From: an uncultured Candidatus Saccharibacteria bacterium
GTDB taxonomy: Bacteria; Patescibacteriota; Minisyncoccia; Sungbacterales; JACQCQ01
Reading direction: 5' to 3'
Assembly (NCBI GenBank): GCA_964494945.1
Contig: CAZBTX010000001.1
Span: forward strand, 67,088 to 131,087
DNA: 64,000 bases
In this document: one piece after another, positions 34,634 to 44,601 of the stretch
Position numbering within the stretch: the first letter of the stretch is position 1
How the letters are laid out: each line of letters opens with the position of its first letter
The notes under the pieces: model-generated
Databases searched by the model: none
Seen by the model: only the letters and a program-made list of their open reading frames with translations
Told to the model about the DNA's origin: nothing
Program-made: the position numbers and the translations under genes

Positions 34634-36427
34634 ATGCAAAGAAAAACATTAGAAAGGCCGAGACGAGATTTTAGGCGTCAGCGCTCTCCTCGCACGGGAG
34701 GGTCTGGGCGCCCGTTTCCGTCAGCCGCGAGATCACCCATACAAACCTTCCACGGCAAAGCAGGAACATTGAGGGTCGTACCTTTGGGGGGATTGGAAGA
34801 GGTCGGCAGGAATTGCATGTTCCTGGAATATAACGACGACATTATCGTGATTGACCTGGGTCTTCAATTCCCAGAAGAAAACATGCCGGGGGTTGATTTC
34901 ATTATTCCCGATTGCACCTATCTAAAGCAAAATAAGCATAAAATTCGGGGCGTAATTATCACCCACGCCCATTACGACCACATCGGCGCTATTCCTTACA
35001 TCGTGCCGCAAATCGGGAATCCAACGGTCTACGCCATGCCTCTAACGCGCGCCATCATCATGAAGCGCCAGGACGACTTCAAGCACATGGGCAACATCAA
35101 GGTGGAGCAGATCAATAAAGAAACGATTCTGGAACTTGGTGTCTTTAAAATTGAATTCTTCCACGTAAACCACAACATTCCCGATACGGTCGGGGTAGCC
35201 ATTCGTACGCCTGTCGGCATAGTGGCTCACACGGCTGACTTCAAGTTTGACAATAACCCGCATGGCGATATGCCGGCTGACTACGCCAAAATCGCCCAGC
35301 TTTCACAGGAAGGTGTCCTTCTCTTAATGTCCGATTCCACGGGAGCGGAAAAGCCCGGCCACTCCATTTCCGAGAGCACCATCTACGAAAACCTGGAAGA
35401 AATTTTCCAGCACGCCAAGGGCCGCATCATTACGGCGACTTTTGCTTCGCTGATATCCAGGATCCAGCAACTGATAACACTAGCCGAGAAATTCGACCGC
35501 AAAGTTGTTATCCAGGGTTACTCCATGAAATCCAACGTCCTGCTCTCGCAAGAACTCGGCTATATCAAGGTGAGAAAAGGCACGCTTGTGGACATCCGCG
35601 ACATTGAGAGTTACCCACCCAATCGCATTCTTGTCATCGGCACGGGTGCCCAGGGAGAATCGGAGGCCATGCTTATGCGTATCGCTCAAAGGGAGCATAA
35701 GTTCATTCGATTCGGCGAGGGAGATATCGTTATCTTCTCTTCTTCGCTCATCGTCGGCAATGAGCGCACCGTCCAATCCCTTAAAGACATCATTTACCGC
35801 CAGGGCGCTCGAGTGTTCCACTACGGCATGATGGATATTCACGCCGGCGGGCATGCCCAGCAGGAGGACCTAAAACTGATGATTAATCTCATGCGGCCGA
35901 AATATTTTATGCCGATTCACGGCAATTATTTCATGCTGCGCCTGCACGCCGATCTGGCCGAATCCGTTGGCATTCCCAAAGAAAACGTGATTATCGGCGG
36001 CAACGGCAAAGTGGTTGAATTAACGCCCCACTCCGTAAAGCTGACGAAAGACGAAGTGCCATCTTCCTATGTTTTCGTGGACGGCCTTGGCGTGGGAGAT
36101 GTGGGCGAGGTGGTATTAAGAGACCGCCAGATGCTGGCCGAAGACGGCATCTTCGTAATTATCACCATCGTGGATTCAAAAACCGGCAAGGTTTATACCT
36201 CGCCCGACATCATCTCGCGCGGGTTCATTTATCTCCGTGAAAATCAGGAATTATTAAAAGAAGTAAGGCATAAGGTAAAAGAGATCGTAGAGCACTCTAC
36301 CACCGCCGGCCAGCATCCGATAAACTACGAATATATCCGAAACCAAGTGCGAGACGAGGTCGGCCAGTTCTTGTACCAAAAAACCCACCGCCGCCCCATG
36401 GTGCTTCCGGTAGTCACAGAGATATAA
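34634..36427 (+). CDS. rnj: Ribonuclease J
   Basis: PLGGLEEVGRNC, THAHYDHIGA, HAGGHA, MPIHG. Confidence 0.97.
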   Translation: MQRKTLERPRRDFRRQRSPRTGGSGRPFPSAARSPIQTFHGKAGTLRVVPLGGLEEVGRNCMFLEYNDDIIVIDLGLQFPEENMPGVDFIIPDCTYLKQNKHKIRGVIITHAHYDHIGAIPYIVPQIGNPTVYAMPLTRAIIMKRQDDFKHMGNIKVEQINKETILELGVFKIEFFHVNHNIPDTVGVAIRTPVGIVAHTADFKFDNNPHGDMPADYAKIAQLSQEGVLLLMSDSTGAEKPGHSISESTIYENLEEIFQHAKGRIITATFASLISRIQQLITLAEKFDRKVVIQGYSMKSNVLLSQELGYIKVRKGTLVDIRDIESYPPNRILVIGTGAQGESEAMLMRIAQREHKFIRFGEGDIVIFSSSLIVGNERTVQSLKDIIYRQGARVFHYGMMDIHAGGHAQQEDLKLMINLMRPKYFMPIHGNYFMLRLHADLAESVGIPKENVIIGGNGKVVELTPHSVKLTKDEVPSSYVFVDGLGVGDVGEVVLRDRQMLAEDGIFVIITIVDSKTGKVYTSPDIISRGFIYLRENQELLKEVRHKVKEIVEHSTTAGQHPINYEYIRNQVRDEVGQFLYQKTHRRPMVLPVVTEI

Positions 36428-36593
36428 AAAGAAGAGGGCCAGGGGCGCGTTAAGCTTCGCGCTCCCTGGCCAATGGGGCCGCATTACCGGCGATGTACAA
36501 GAGGAGGACTTCTCCCCGTGCCGGTTTTAGCGACAGCCAAGCCCTTACCTTTTCGGCGACACGGCGGATGGCCAATCCAATGCACGTGGGGCT
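36427..36593 (-). ncRNA. Candidate structured small RNA (6S-like size)
   Basis: Minus-strand promoter TTTACT-17-TATATT (36628-36600); GC-rich non-coding body with CCGUGUCG/CGGCACGG and GCAUU/AAUGC stems; ends in a hairpin plus UCUUCUUUUU. Confidence 0.45.
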
Positions 36594-36631
36594 ACCTAGA
36601 ATATAATACTCTTTCAAGTTAAAGTAAATTA

Positions 36632-37759
36632 ATGAGAATTTTCTCTGGCATCCAGCCCACAGGCAACCTGCACATCGGGAATTACCTCGGGGCAGTTAAG
36701 CAATGGGTGGAATTGCAAAACGAAAATGATGCGATCTACTGTATTGTAGACGAGCACGCCATCACTGTCCCGCAGGAGCCGGAGAAACTCCGCCAAGCCA
36801 CATTGGACGCCGCCATCACCATACTCGCCGCCGGCATTGACCCAGATAAATCCTTAGTATTCATTCAATCACACGTCCCGGCCCACGCCGAGCTTGGGTG
36901 GATATTGAACACACTCGCCCCGCTTGGCGAACTCATGCGAATGACACAATTCAAAGGAAAAGCGCCGATTAAGTTTGAATTTGAAGATATTAAAACCCTT
37001 AAAATAGGTTTGGAGCGAATAAATAAAGATATTCAGGCGATATCGGTTTCAGGAATTCAAGATGCGCTCAAAGCAGTTTCGGGCGATATTGAACCAATTG
37101 TAGACCTTTCTGAAAAACGCAGGGCGACACTTGCCGGTCTTTTCAACTATCCAACCCTTATGGCCGCCGATATCCTTCTCTATCAAACCGAGGGCATCCC
37201 CGTCGGCGAGGACCAGGTACAACATATTGAACTCGCACGCTCGCTGGCCGAAAGATTTAATAATAGATTTGGCGAAACATTCGTTATACCTAAACCGCTT
37301 CTTAAAAAAGAAGTTGCGCGCATCATGTCACTAACCGACCCCGCCGTAAAAATGTCCAAATCGGACGAATCCGACAAATCGCGTGTCAATCTTTTGGACG
37401 CGCCCGATGCCATCAGGCAAAAGATCAAATCGGCCGTCACCGACTCCGGCGCAGAAGTTAAATACGACGAAAAAGAAAAACCGGCCATTTCCAATCTCTT
37501 GAATATTTACTCGGGTTTCTCCGGCAAATCCATCGCCGAAATTGAAAAAGAATTCAATGGCAAATCATACGCGGAATTCAAAGACGCGCTCGCGGAAGTT
37601 ATTGTAGAGGCCTTAACCCCATTCCAACAGCGCTACCAAGAACTCCAAAAAGAAAAAACTCGGGTGATTGACCTCCTAAAACGCGGCAGCCAAAAAGCCG
37701 CATCTCTTGCCGCTCCGATGCTTCAAAAAGTCAAAGAAAAAATTGGGTTTTTGGTGTAA
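36632..37759 (+). CDS. trpS: Tryptophan--tRNA ligase with an internal insertion
   Basis: FSGIQPTG, HIGN, YPTLMAADIL, PVGEDQ, KMSKS. Confidence 0.98.
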   Translation: MRIFSGIQPTGNLHIGNYLGAVKQWVELQNENDAIYCIVDEHAITVPQEPEKLRQATLDAAITILAAGIDPDKSLVFIQSHVPAHAELGWILNTLAPLGELMRMTQFKGKAPIKFEFEDIKTLKIGLERINKDIQAISVSGIQDALKAVSGDIEPIVDLSEKRRATLAGLFNYPTLMAADILLYQTEGIPVGEDQVQHIELARSLAERFNNRFGETFVIPKPLLKKEVARIMSLTDPAVKMSKSDESDKSRVNLLDAPDAIRQKIKSAVTDSGAEVKYDEKEKPAISNLLNIYSGFSGKSIAEIEKEFNGKSYAEFKDALAEVIVEALTPFQQRYQELQKEKTRVIDLLKRGSQKAASLAAPMLQKVKEKIGFLV

Positions 37760-37871
37760 TTATGAAAATCTGCTAAATTTTTATAATTGACGCAAATTCT
37801 TTAAAAAGTAAAAAGGAAACGGAGCACCTTGGGGTGCTCCGTCAGAACTGCTGATGTTGCGGCGCGTCGCT

Positions 37872-38462
37872 CTAGGCCTCGACGGCTTTGAGCATCGCCT
37901 GGGGGTCGCGTCTCAGCAACCTCCGGACGATGGCCAGCGCATGGGTCGCGATCACTCCCAGAGTGCTCGGTCTGGCTGGCGTGTCCATGGTCAGGTGCTG
38001 ACCGAATGCGATGCCGAGCATCGCGGCGATGACAGCCGTGATGACATGCGCGACCATCGCCCGCTGGGTCATGAGAATCCTGCTGGTCATGAACGAGAAG
38101 GCCTCCGCGTAGGTCTTGGTGTACTCGTAGCTCTCGAACGCGCCGACGTGAACTGCGCTGAGGAAGAGCGGGATGACCACAGCCCCGGCCGCGCCAGCCA
38201 CGATGAACGAGACGAATGTGCTGAAGCCCCAGCGGTGCCGTAGCGTGACGGCGAAGGCCACCACGAACGCGATGGCGATCGCGTGGGTCACCCAGTCCAC
38301 AGCCGCGATGGGGACCATCGGGTTGTAGAGCTCGAGCAGCCAGTTGCTTCCCGCCGACGTGTTCGGCAGGTGCGAACCGAAGGACTGCCACAGGGTCAGA
38401 CCGACCTGCGCGAGAGCGAGACACACGGAGATGGTGATGACGTACGCAAACTTCTTCCGCAT
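37872..38462 (-). CDS. GC-rich hypothetical multi-pass membrane protein
   Basis: AAGGAGG SD before ATG 38462; several hydrophobic helices; terminator ACGGAGCACC/GGTGCTCCGT near 37818-37842. Confidence 0.7.
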   Translation of the reverse strand: MRKKFAYVITISVCLALAQVGLTLWQSFGSHLPNTSAGSNWLLELYNPMVPIAAVDWVTHAIAIAFVVAFAVTLRHRWGFSTFVSFIVAGAAGAVVIPLFLSAVHVGAFESYEYTKTYAEAFSFMTSRILMTQRAMVAHVITAVIAAMLGIAFGQHLTMDTPARPSTLGVIATHALAIVRRLLRRDPQAMLKAVEA

Positions 38463-38668
38463 ACGATCCTCCTTATCGTTCCTGCCTGCCTTTCGGTCAG
38501 GCCTCTGGAACATATTGCCGCAACAGAATCTACGGCAACAAAGAAGAAACTAACCCCTTAACTCCCTCTTTGTTACCGTAGAATAGAGCTTATTCTAAGG
38601 TGCTAAGTTTCTAGCTGAATGATAGCATATCCATATAAAAAAGTCAAATTTAAGTTTTTAGCTTAATA

Positions 38669-39196
38669 TTAAGCTAAAACAAATCTCCAAAGTCGCTTTT
38701 GGGCCTTACCATGCCCGCCGACATTAATCCGCCTTGTCTTTTTTATTTTTGTTTCTTGCTTTTTGTTTTTATCTCCTCCTCTATCCTCGATCCAAAGCCC
38801 GCTTCGCTTATTCGCTGGCTTCCCGTAAAGCCGCCTATCAATCTTTAAGTCGCGGCAAATCTTGCCGGGCCCGGAAATGCCATCCACGCCGCGAATAAGC
38901 ACAGCCCCCGCTTGGCCGTCACGCTCCGTCACGATATTCAAACAGTGATACATCCCATAAATGAAATAGACATACCAACGCCCGGGCGGGCCGAACATGA
39001 CTTTGTTGCGGGGCGTCATCCCATTAGCCGCGTGCGACGACATATCGTCTTTCCCCGTATATGCCTCAACCTCTGTTATCATCAACGCCCGTTCTTTATT
39101 CCCAATTTTCCGCACCAAAAACTTACCCAGCATCTCCTTCGCCACCATCGGCGCCTTCCGCTCAAAAAATTTATACCCTAATATTTTTCCAGACAT
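38669..39196 (-). CDS. mpg: DNA-3-methyladenine glycosylase (Mpg/AAG family)
   Basis: ITEVEAY, MFGPPGRWYVYFIYGMYHCLNIV, AVLIRG, GPGKIC. Confidence 0.95.
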   Translation of the reverse strand: MSGKILGYKFFERKAPMVAKEMLGKFLVRKIGNKERALMITEVEAYTGKDDMSSHAANGMTPRNKVMFGPPGRWYVYFIYGMYHCLNIVTERDGQAGAVLIRGVDGISGPGKICRDLKIDRRLYGKPANKRSGLWIEDRGGDKNKKQETKIKKTRRINVGGHGKAQKRLWRFVLA

Positions 39197-39200
39197 ACGA

Positions 39201-39380
39201 TCAAAACCTCAATTGAGAAAGTAACGAAGAAAATGAGCGTTTAGAAAAGCGGTATTTATTATCTAAACCGAGTAACGCTCTCCAAATGCGCGCTTCAGGA
39301 TATTTGGCCGGAAAAAATGTATCAAGCGCACCTTCGCCAATTTCACCTAATTTCTCCAAGATAAGGGCCTTTAAAGTCAT
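39201..39380 (-). pseudogene. 59-codon fragment resembling the N-terminus of CPR PaaX-family regulators
   Basis: Manual translation MTLKALILEKLGEIGEGALDTFFPAKYPEARIWRALLGLDNKYRFSKRSFSSLLSQLRF*; stops where a winged helix would continue; TGTTAACA palindromes upstream. Family resemblance is from memory only. Confidence 0.4.
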
Positions 39381-39497
39381 ATAGTAATGTTAACAAATAA
39401 CAAGCGACCGCAACAGGGTTGTTAACATAAATTCATTCTAATGTTCTGTAAAACAAAATATATGGGAAATGTATGGAATTGGATAAAATCTAATTGA

Positions 39498-40139
39498 CTA
39501 ATTGTAGTTTTTGAAACCAAATGTGTGTTTAATACCACGGATGATGTGGTGGCGGTGCTCGCGGTCACGGGTGAAGTGGATGATGGCGGGCAAGATGGAA
39601 AGAAAAACTATCAAAGCCACAATGGGAACAATATAGCGGTCAACGCCGGGGATGAGGGTGCCTAAATAATACCCGGTAAGCGGGAGGCCTATGGCCCAAA
39701 GCACGGCGCCAAAGACATTATAGAAAAGAAAAGTTCGGTATTTCATAGTGCCCACACCGGCCAAAATGGGCGCGAAAGTGCGAATGACTGGCATAAAACG
39801 CGCCAGCACCACGGCCTTGCCACCGTGTTTTTCATAGAATCTTTGAGCCCGCAAAAGATTATCCTTATGAAAAAAAAGTGAATCGTCGCGCCTGAATATC
39901 ATAGGCCCTACCCGTCTGCCGAAGGCGTACCCAACAGAGTCCCCCAACACCGCCCCAACAAATGAGAGCAGAATTAAGATACCTATATTAAAAAACCCTT
40001 GTGAAGCCAGAAACCCAGCCGTAAATAAGAGCGAATCGCCCGGCAGAAAAAAACCGATAAAAAGCCCGGATTCGGCAAAAACAATAAAAAAAACCCCAAG
40101 ATACCCAACGGTTTTTAGTAACGAGACAATGTCAAACAT
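39498..40139 (-). CDS. DedA/VTT family membrane protein
   Basis: FAESGLFIGFFLPGDSLLFTAG, ARFMPVIRTFAP. Confidence 0.96.
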   Translation of the reverse strand: MFDIVSLLKTVGYLGVFFIVFAESGLFIGFFLPGDSLLFTAGFLASQGFFNIGILILLSFVGAVLGDSVGYAFGRRVGPMIFRRDDSLFFHKDNLLRAQRFYEKHGGKAVVLARFMPVIRTFAPILAGVGTMKYRTFLFYNVFGAVLWAIGLPLTGYYLGTLIPGVDRYIVPIVALIVFLSILPAIIHFTRDREHRHHIIRGIKHTFGFKNYN

Positions 40140-40446
40140 TGGGGTTCACGAACCTATTTCTATCTCGCTTCATTACTTTATCAAAACTTCGGCGGATGGC
40201 TTCGTCCAAATTAATGTTATGCGAATTAGCAAAGCAAATCAGCGTGTAAATAATATCGCCGATCTCTTCTTCCAGTTCCTGCGTCGCTTCATCCTTCTTT
40301 TTCTTTTTATCGCCATATAAGTGATTGACAAGCCGCGCAAACTCACCACACTCCTCAAAAAGCCGCGCCAAAATGGATAAGGGCGACCAATAATCCCACT
40401 TATTTTCTTTAAACCATTTATCTAGATCTTTTTGGTGTTGTTGCAT
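40132..40446 (-). CDS. MazG-like nucleotide pyrophosphohydrolase (YpjD-like)
   Basis: YWSPLSILARLFEECGEFAR...EEEIGDIIY. Confidence 0.9.
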   Translation of the reverse strand: MQQHQKDLDKWFKENKWDYWSPLSILARLFEECGEFARLVNHLYGDKKKKKDEATQELEEEIGDIIYTLICFANSHNINLDEAIRRSFDKVMKRDRNRFVNPNV

Positions 40447-40450
40447 AAAG

Positions 40451-40524
40451 CGGTCCCAGAGGGATTCGAACCCTCGATCTCTTGGATGAGAACCAAGTAT
40501 CCTAGGCCTCTAGACGATGGGACC
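40451..40524 (-). tRNA. tRNA-Glu(CTC)
   Basis: Reverse complement GGTCCCATCGTCTAGAGGCCTAGGATACTTGGTTCTCATCCAAG...GGTTCGAATCCCTCTGGGACC. Confidence 0.95.
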
Positions 40525-40596
40525 GAGATGGAAAGAATATAACAGAAAAATAGACGTCTGAAAATAGCTTGCCCCGTCCCGAGCTCGGGACGGGGC

Positions 40597-40884
40597 TTAA
40601 CCGCCGTAGCGGTCGTAGTGAGGCGTGGCGGACCCTGCCAGTACGGGGCTTGGACGCTGAAGTTCGGCTATCACCTTCTCGCGCTTATACTCTTCCCCAG
40701 GACTGAAAGCGCGAACGGGAGGAATGACCAGTGTTCCGCACCCGCCTTTCTTGTCATTACAATAGTACCCGCAAAAGAGCTGACCATAACGCTTGCACTT
40801 GGGACATCTGGCGAATACTTGGAGTTTGAACCCGGAACAAATGATGACCGGATGGACCTCCAGGAATCCGTCAGCGTTAACCAT
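40597..40884 (-). CDS. Small Cys-rich (zinc-finger-like) hypothetical protein
   Basis: AAGGAGGTGA SD; CPKC...CGYYC...C; terminator GCCCCGTCCCGAG/CTCGGGACGGGGC at 40571-40596. Confidence 0.65.
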   Translation of the reverse strand: MVNADGFLEVHPVIICSGFKLQVFARCPKCKRYGQLFCGYYCNDKKGGCGTLVIPPVRAFSPGEEYKREKVIAELQRPSPVLAGSATPHYDRYGG

Positions 40885-41060
40885 GCCCTATCACCTCCTT
40901 TCTTATTCTTAATTCTACGCCACATACAAGATCAACTTATCAACATCGTAAACTGTCTGGAATTAGTAAAGTTTTACTAACCGGCTTCATCAAAATATAT
41001 CATACTTCAGAGTATGATGTATTTTGATGATTGACGGATAACGGGTACTTGCGGTGATCG

Positions 41061-42389
41061 CTAGTCCATCTGTTTCCAATCCATAGATTGGCGTACAAGT
41101 AAATCCTTGGCTTTTTGCGGTTCGGCCATCAGGTCTTCCACCACGCGCTCCATCCGCATAGATTGCGCGCCTTTTACCAAAATAACATCGCCTTCGCGGA
41201 TAATCGGCAAGATCAATGCCGCTACTTCCCGCGACATTTCCACCCAATGGATATCTAACCCCTCCAAACTTGCTTCGTCACGAATAAGAGCCGCTTTATC
41301 CCCAACCGCGATAAGAATATCAGCTACTTCGGCTACTAATTTGCCGATATCCCTGTGAGCTTCTGCTGTATACTCGCCCAATTCCGCCATATTGCCGAGT
41401 ATGGCGATACGCCGACGCGCGGGAATAATTTTTAATGTAGCGAGAGCCGCTTCTACGGCCGCGGGAGCGGCGTTATAAGTGTCATCTAAGATAATACTGC
41501 CGTTAATACCTTTGATTATTTTGGTACGTCCCGCCGGAGGCCTGTAAGCGTTAAGGGCTGATGAAATTTCAACTGAATTCATTCCCAGTGCTTTTCCCAC
41601 GGCGTATGCCGCGGCGGCCGCCATAGATTGGACTGGATTAATAGCGTCATTTAAATGAATCGGAACTACCGCGCCTTTATCAGAAATTTTAAACGTAAGC
41701 CAGCCGAGGATGGCATTTTCCGGTTCTAAATTAATCCCCACACCTTCCAGAATACCCCGCGGGAAGGTGTGGGGATTAAGATGCGCTTCTATATTTTCTA
41801 CGCGAATATCGGCATTCTGCGACGTTCCGTAAAGCAGGACGCGCGCCCGAGCCATACTCCGCATGGCGAGCACTTGCCTATCATCCGCGTTTAATATCAC
41901 AAAGCCCTTAGGATTCGTGTGTTCCACTAAAACGGCTTTTTCGGCCGCCAGCGCTTCGGGTGAATCAAAAAATTCAACATGCACCGGGATTTTCCCAACA
42001 GCCGTTACCACTCCGATGTTGGGCCTGGCCAGTTTCGTTAAATAATCAATGTCGCCGGGCCTGTCCGCGCCCATTTCCAGTATCAATATCCTTGGGTATC
42101 CCCAAAAACCCATTAAAAGAAAGGGATAGGTAAGAGAAGTCCAGAGCCAGCCAAAAATATTCTTGCGATAGTTGGACCACCCCAAGATCGTTAAGGGCAC
42201 GCCAAATTCATTGTTAAAATTCTTTTCCGGTCCCCTGACCTTGAATTTGGCGGATAGAACTGCCAGAATCGCTTCTTTGGCCGAGGTCTTGCCCACATTA
42301 CCAGTAATGGCGATAATTTTGGGACGGAAACGCCAAAGCGCCAGCTTAGCCAGAATGTATAAATAGCGCTTTAATAATTTTGTCAACAT
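41061..42389 (-). CDS. murF: UDP-MurNAc-tripeptide--D-Ala-D-Ala ligase
   Basis: IAITGNVGKTSAKE, NNEFGVPLT, ILEMG, IILDDTYNA, LVKG. Confidence 0.92.
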   Translation of the reverse strand: MLTKLLKRYLYILAKLALWRFRPKIIAITGNVGKTSAKEAILAVLSAKFKVRGPEKNFNNEFGVPLTILGWSNYRKNIFGWLWTSLTYPFLLMGFWGYPRILILEMGADRPGDIDYLTKLARPNIGVVTAVGKIPVHVEFFDSPEALAAEKAVLVEHTNPKGFVILNADDRQVLAMRSMARARVLLYGTSQNADIRVENIEAHLNPHTFPRGILEGVGINLEPENAILGWLTFKISDKGAVVPIHLNDAINPVQSMAAAAAYAVGKALGMNSVEISSALNAYRPPAGRTKIIKGINGSIILDDTYNAAPAAVEAALATLKIIPARRRIAILGNMAELGEYTAEAHRDIGKLVAEVADILIAVGDKAALIRDEASLEGLDIHWVEMSREVAALILPIIREGDVILVKGAQSMRMERVVEDLMAEPQKAKDLLVRQSMDWKQMD

Positions 42390-42475
42390 TGTTTCTGGAA
42401 TCGTGAATTATGAACTAAGAACTATGAATTACGGGATATCACTTGCCATTATTCTTAATTCATTATTAGTAATTC

Positions 42476-44203
42476 TTATTTTTCGTCTGGGGGAACCTCA
42501 TAATAATTCAAAATATACTCCGCCAGGTCATGAAATGTCGGAGATAAACTGGTGGAAGCAAAATTAACGCCCTTGGGCCGATTCATCTGTATGAATATCA
42601 AAAATTTGGGGCCGAAAGCCGGCGCGTATCCCATAAATGAATGGATCACATCCGCGGAATAGCCGCGGCCGTTAGTATTAGGGACTTGAGCGGTGCCGGT
42701 CTTGCTTGCCACAAAAAATCCCTTGACTCCCGCCCGATTTTCAAACCCCTGCCGCGTTACGGAAACCAGCATCTTAGAAACGGTTTCAGATGTTTCTTTG
42801 GAAATAACTTGGCGCCTGACTTCCGGACCGAAAATTTGTTCAGCGCCGGAATCGTCAACTATCTTTTCAACAATATACGGCTTCATCAAGTTTCCGCCGT
42901 TAGCCACGGCGGATTCGGCCATTATCATCTGTAGGGGCGAGACCGCGATTCCCTGCCCGAAAGAGGCCGTGGCAAACTCAATATCGCGCCCCGTTTTTAA
43001 ATTGGAGATATTACCCATAACTTCGCCCGGCAGTTCAATCCCGGTTTTCTCGCCAAAACCGAAATTCTTTATATAATCCAAGAATTTATCATTGCCCAAT
43101 TTTTGTTCGGCAAATACCGCCCCCGTGTTCAATGACTTTTCCAAAACGCCTGTCATAGTTTGTTTGCCGTGCGCTTTCAAATCATAGTTTTTGATAGTAT
43201 ATCCCTTGATCCTAACCTCGCCGCTGTCTACATACGTTGTGTCTGGTTTTATGGCATTTTCATTGATGGCCGAGGCCATGGTAATCGGCTTCATGACGGA
43301 GCCCAGTTCATAAGTTGATTCAACGACGTGGTTAAGAAAAACGCCGACATCGGCAATTTTCCCGTAGTTATTGGGATCAAACGCGGGGCTCGCGGCCAAA
43401 GCCAAAATCTTTCCTGTCATGGGGTCCACGATCGTAATGCTCCCGTTTTCCGGCTTCCACTTTTCCATCAGAAACTTCAGTTTTTCTTCAGCTTTCCGCT
43501 GGATATTGTAATCAATGGTGAGTACAACACTTTTGCCGTCTTTGGGAGGATTTAGTATGCGCTTACTAACCATCCAGATAGAGCTCAAAGAATTATCAAT
43601 CCCTTCCCAAAGTCCGTCCTCTCCGGCCAGCTCCCGCTGGAAAAACCGCTCAATGCCGTACTGCCCGCTCTCTTTGTCGTTATCAAATTTAACGAACCCC
43701 AAAATGTGTGAAGCCAAATCACCGCCGGGATAAATACGGCGCGACTCTATTTCCAAGTAAATTCCCCTAAGACCCAGAAGACGTATTTTTAACGCCGTCT
43801 CGTCATCAACTTTCCGCGCGATAATTTCATAAGTGTCATTCAAACGCGAGAGTTTTTCTCTTATTATCTTTTCATCTAAAACCATCAGGGGCGCCAACTC
43901 TTGAGCGGCTATGGCGGGATCCTGAATATCCTTAGGAACTGCCGAAAGTGTATAAAGATTTTTATTCAAGGCTGCCGCCTGAAGATTTCCATTTTTATCT
44001 TGGAAATAAATGGCGCCGCGGCGCGGAGTCGCCAGCTCGCCATTTTGGGCTTGGCGCGCGGCGATACCTGAAAATTCGCGGTATTGCATTATCTGCAAAT
44101 AAAAAAGGCGTAAAATAACGCCGAAGCCTAAGAGCGCGAAAAACGCGAACACGAAAAAAAGCCGCCCACTAAGCATCTTGGATGTTCTAGCGCTGGCTAC
44201 CAC
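42476..44203 (-). CDS. ftsI: Class B penicillin-binding protein (FtsI)
   Basis: PRRGAIY, YELGSVMK (SxxK), SLN (SxN), KTGTAQ; mra cluster position. Confidence 0.9.
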   Translation of the reverse strand: MVASARTSKMLSGRLFFVFAFFALLGFGVILRLFYLQIMQYREFSGIAARQAQNGELATPRRGAIYFQDKNGNLQAAALNKNLYTLSAVPKDIQDPAIAAQELAPLMVLDEKIIREKLSRLNDTYEIIARKVDDETALKIRLLGLRGIYLEIESRRIYPGGDLASHILGFVKFDNDKESGQYGIERFFQRELAGEDGLWEGIDNSLSSIWMVSKRILNPPKDGKSVVLTIDYNIQRKAEEKLKFLMEKWKPENGSITIVDPMTGKILALAASPAFDPNNYGKIADVGVFLNHVVESTYELGSVMKPITMASAINENAIKPDTTYVDSGEVRIKGYTIKNYDLKAHGKQTMTGVLEKSLNTGAVFAEQKLGNDKFLDYIKNFGFGEKTGIELPGEVMGNISNLKTGRDIEFATASFGQGIAVSPLQMIMAESAVANGGNLMKPYIVEKIVDDSGAEQIFGPEVRRQVISKETSETVSKMLVSVTRQGFENRAGVKGFFVASKTGTAQVPNTNGRGYSADVIHSFMGYAPAFGPKFLIFIQMNRPKGVNFASTSLSPTFHDLAEYILNYYEVPPDEK

Positions 44204-44239
44204 AGCTAAATTCTAATATCTAAATCCTCGGACTCAAAA

Positions 44240-44596
44240 TTAGGGGAGGGGGCGAGAAGCATCGGCAAATACAGAATCCGAGTGAATGTACGAGAGATCG
44301 GAATTTATATTCTGCATAGCTATATTCTCTGCTTTTGCCGTGATACCCGCTTCATTGCTTGGCTGATTGACACCGTTTAAAAGTAGGGCCTGATTACGGG
44401 CGAGTTCTGCTGCCTGGCTTACCACTTCTTTATTTAAACTGCTTATCCTGTATTGAGCGCCGGCTATGGCGTTGATCAGCACGGCGTATATCGCGGAAAG
44501 CACTATAAAAACCGCCAGAATAGTTAAAATAAGGCGACGAGTGTGTTTGGGATTTGCTATTGCCGTATAAGGCAGTAAAAGTGCTTTAGATGACAT
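44240..44596 (-). CDS. FtsL-like bitopic protein
   Basis: TM plus coiled coil, located between rsmH and ftsI. Confidence 0.6.
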   Translation of the reverse strand: MSSKALLLPYTAIANPKHTRRLILTILAVFIVLSAIYAVLINAIAGAQYRISSLNKEVVSQAAELARNQALLLNGVNQPSNEAGITAKAENIAMQNINSDLSYIHSDSVFADASRPLP

Positions 44597-44601
44597 TTTA
44601 T

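Noticed and set aside
36430-36631. T-box leader for trpS
   Set aside because: No T-box consensus seen; the terminator polarity is on the minus strand and trpS has its own nearby TATAAT.
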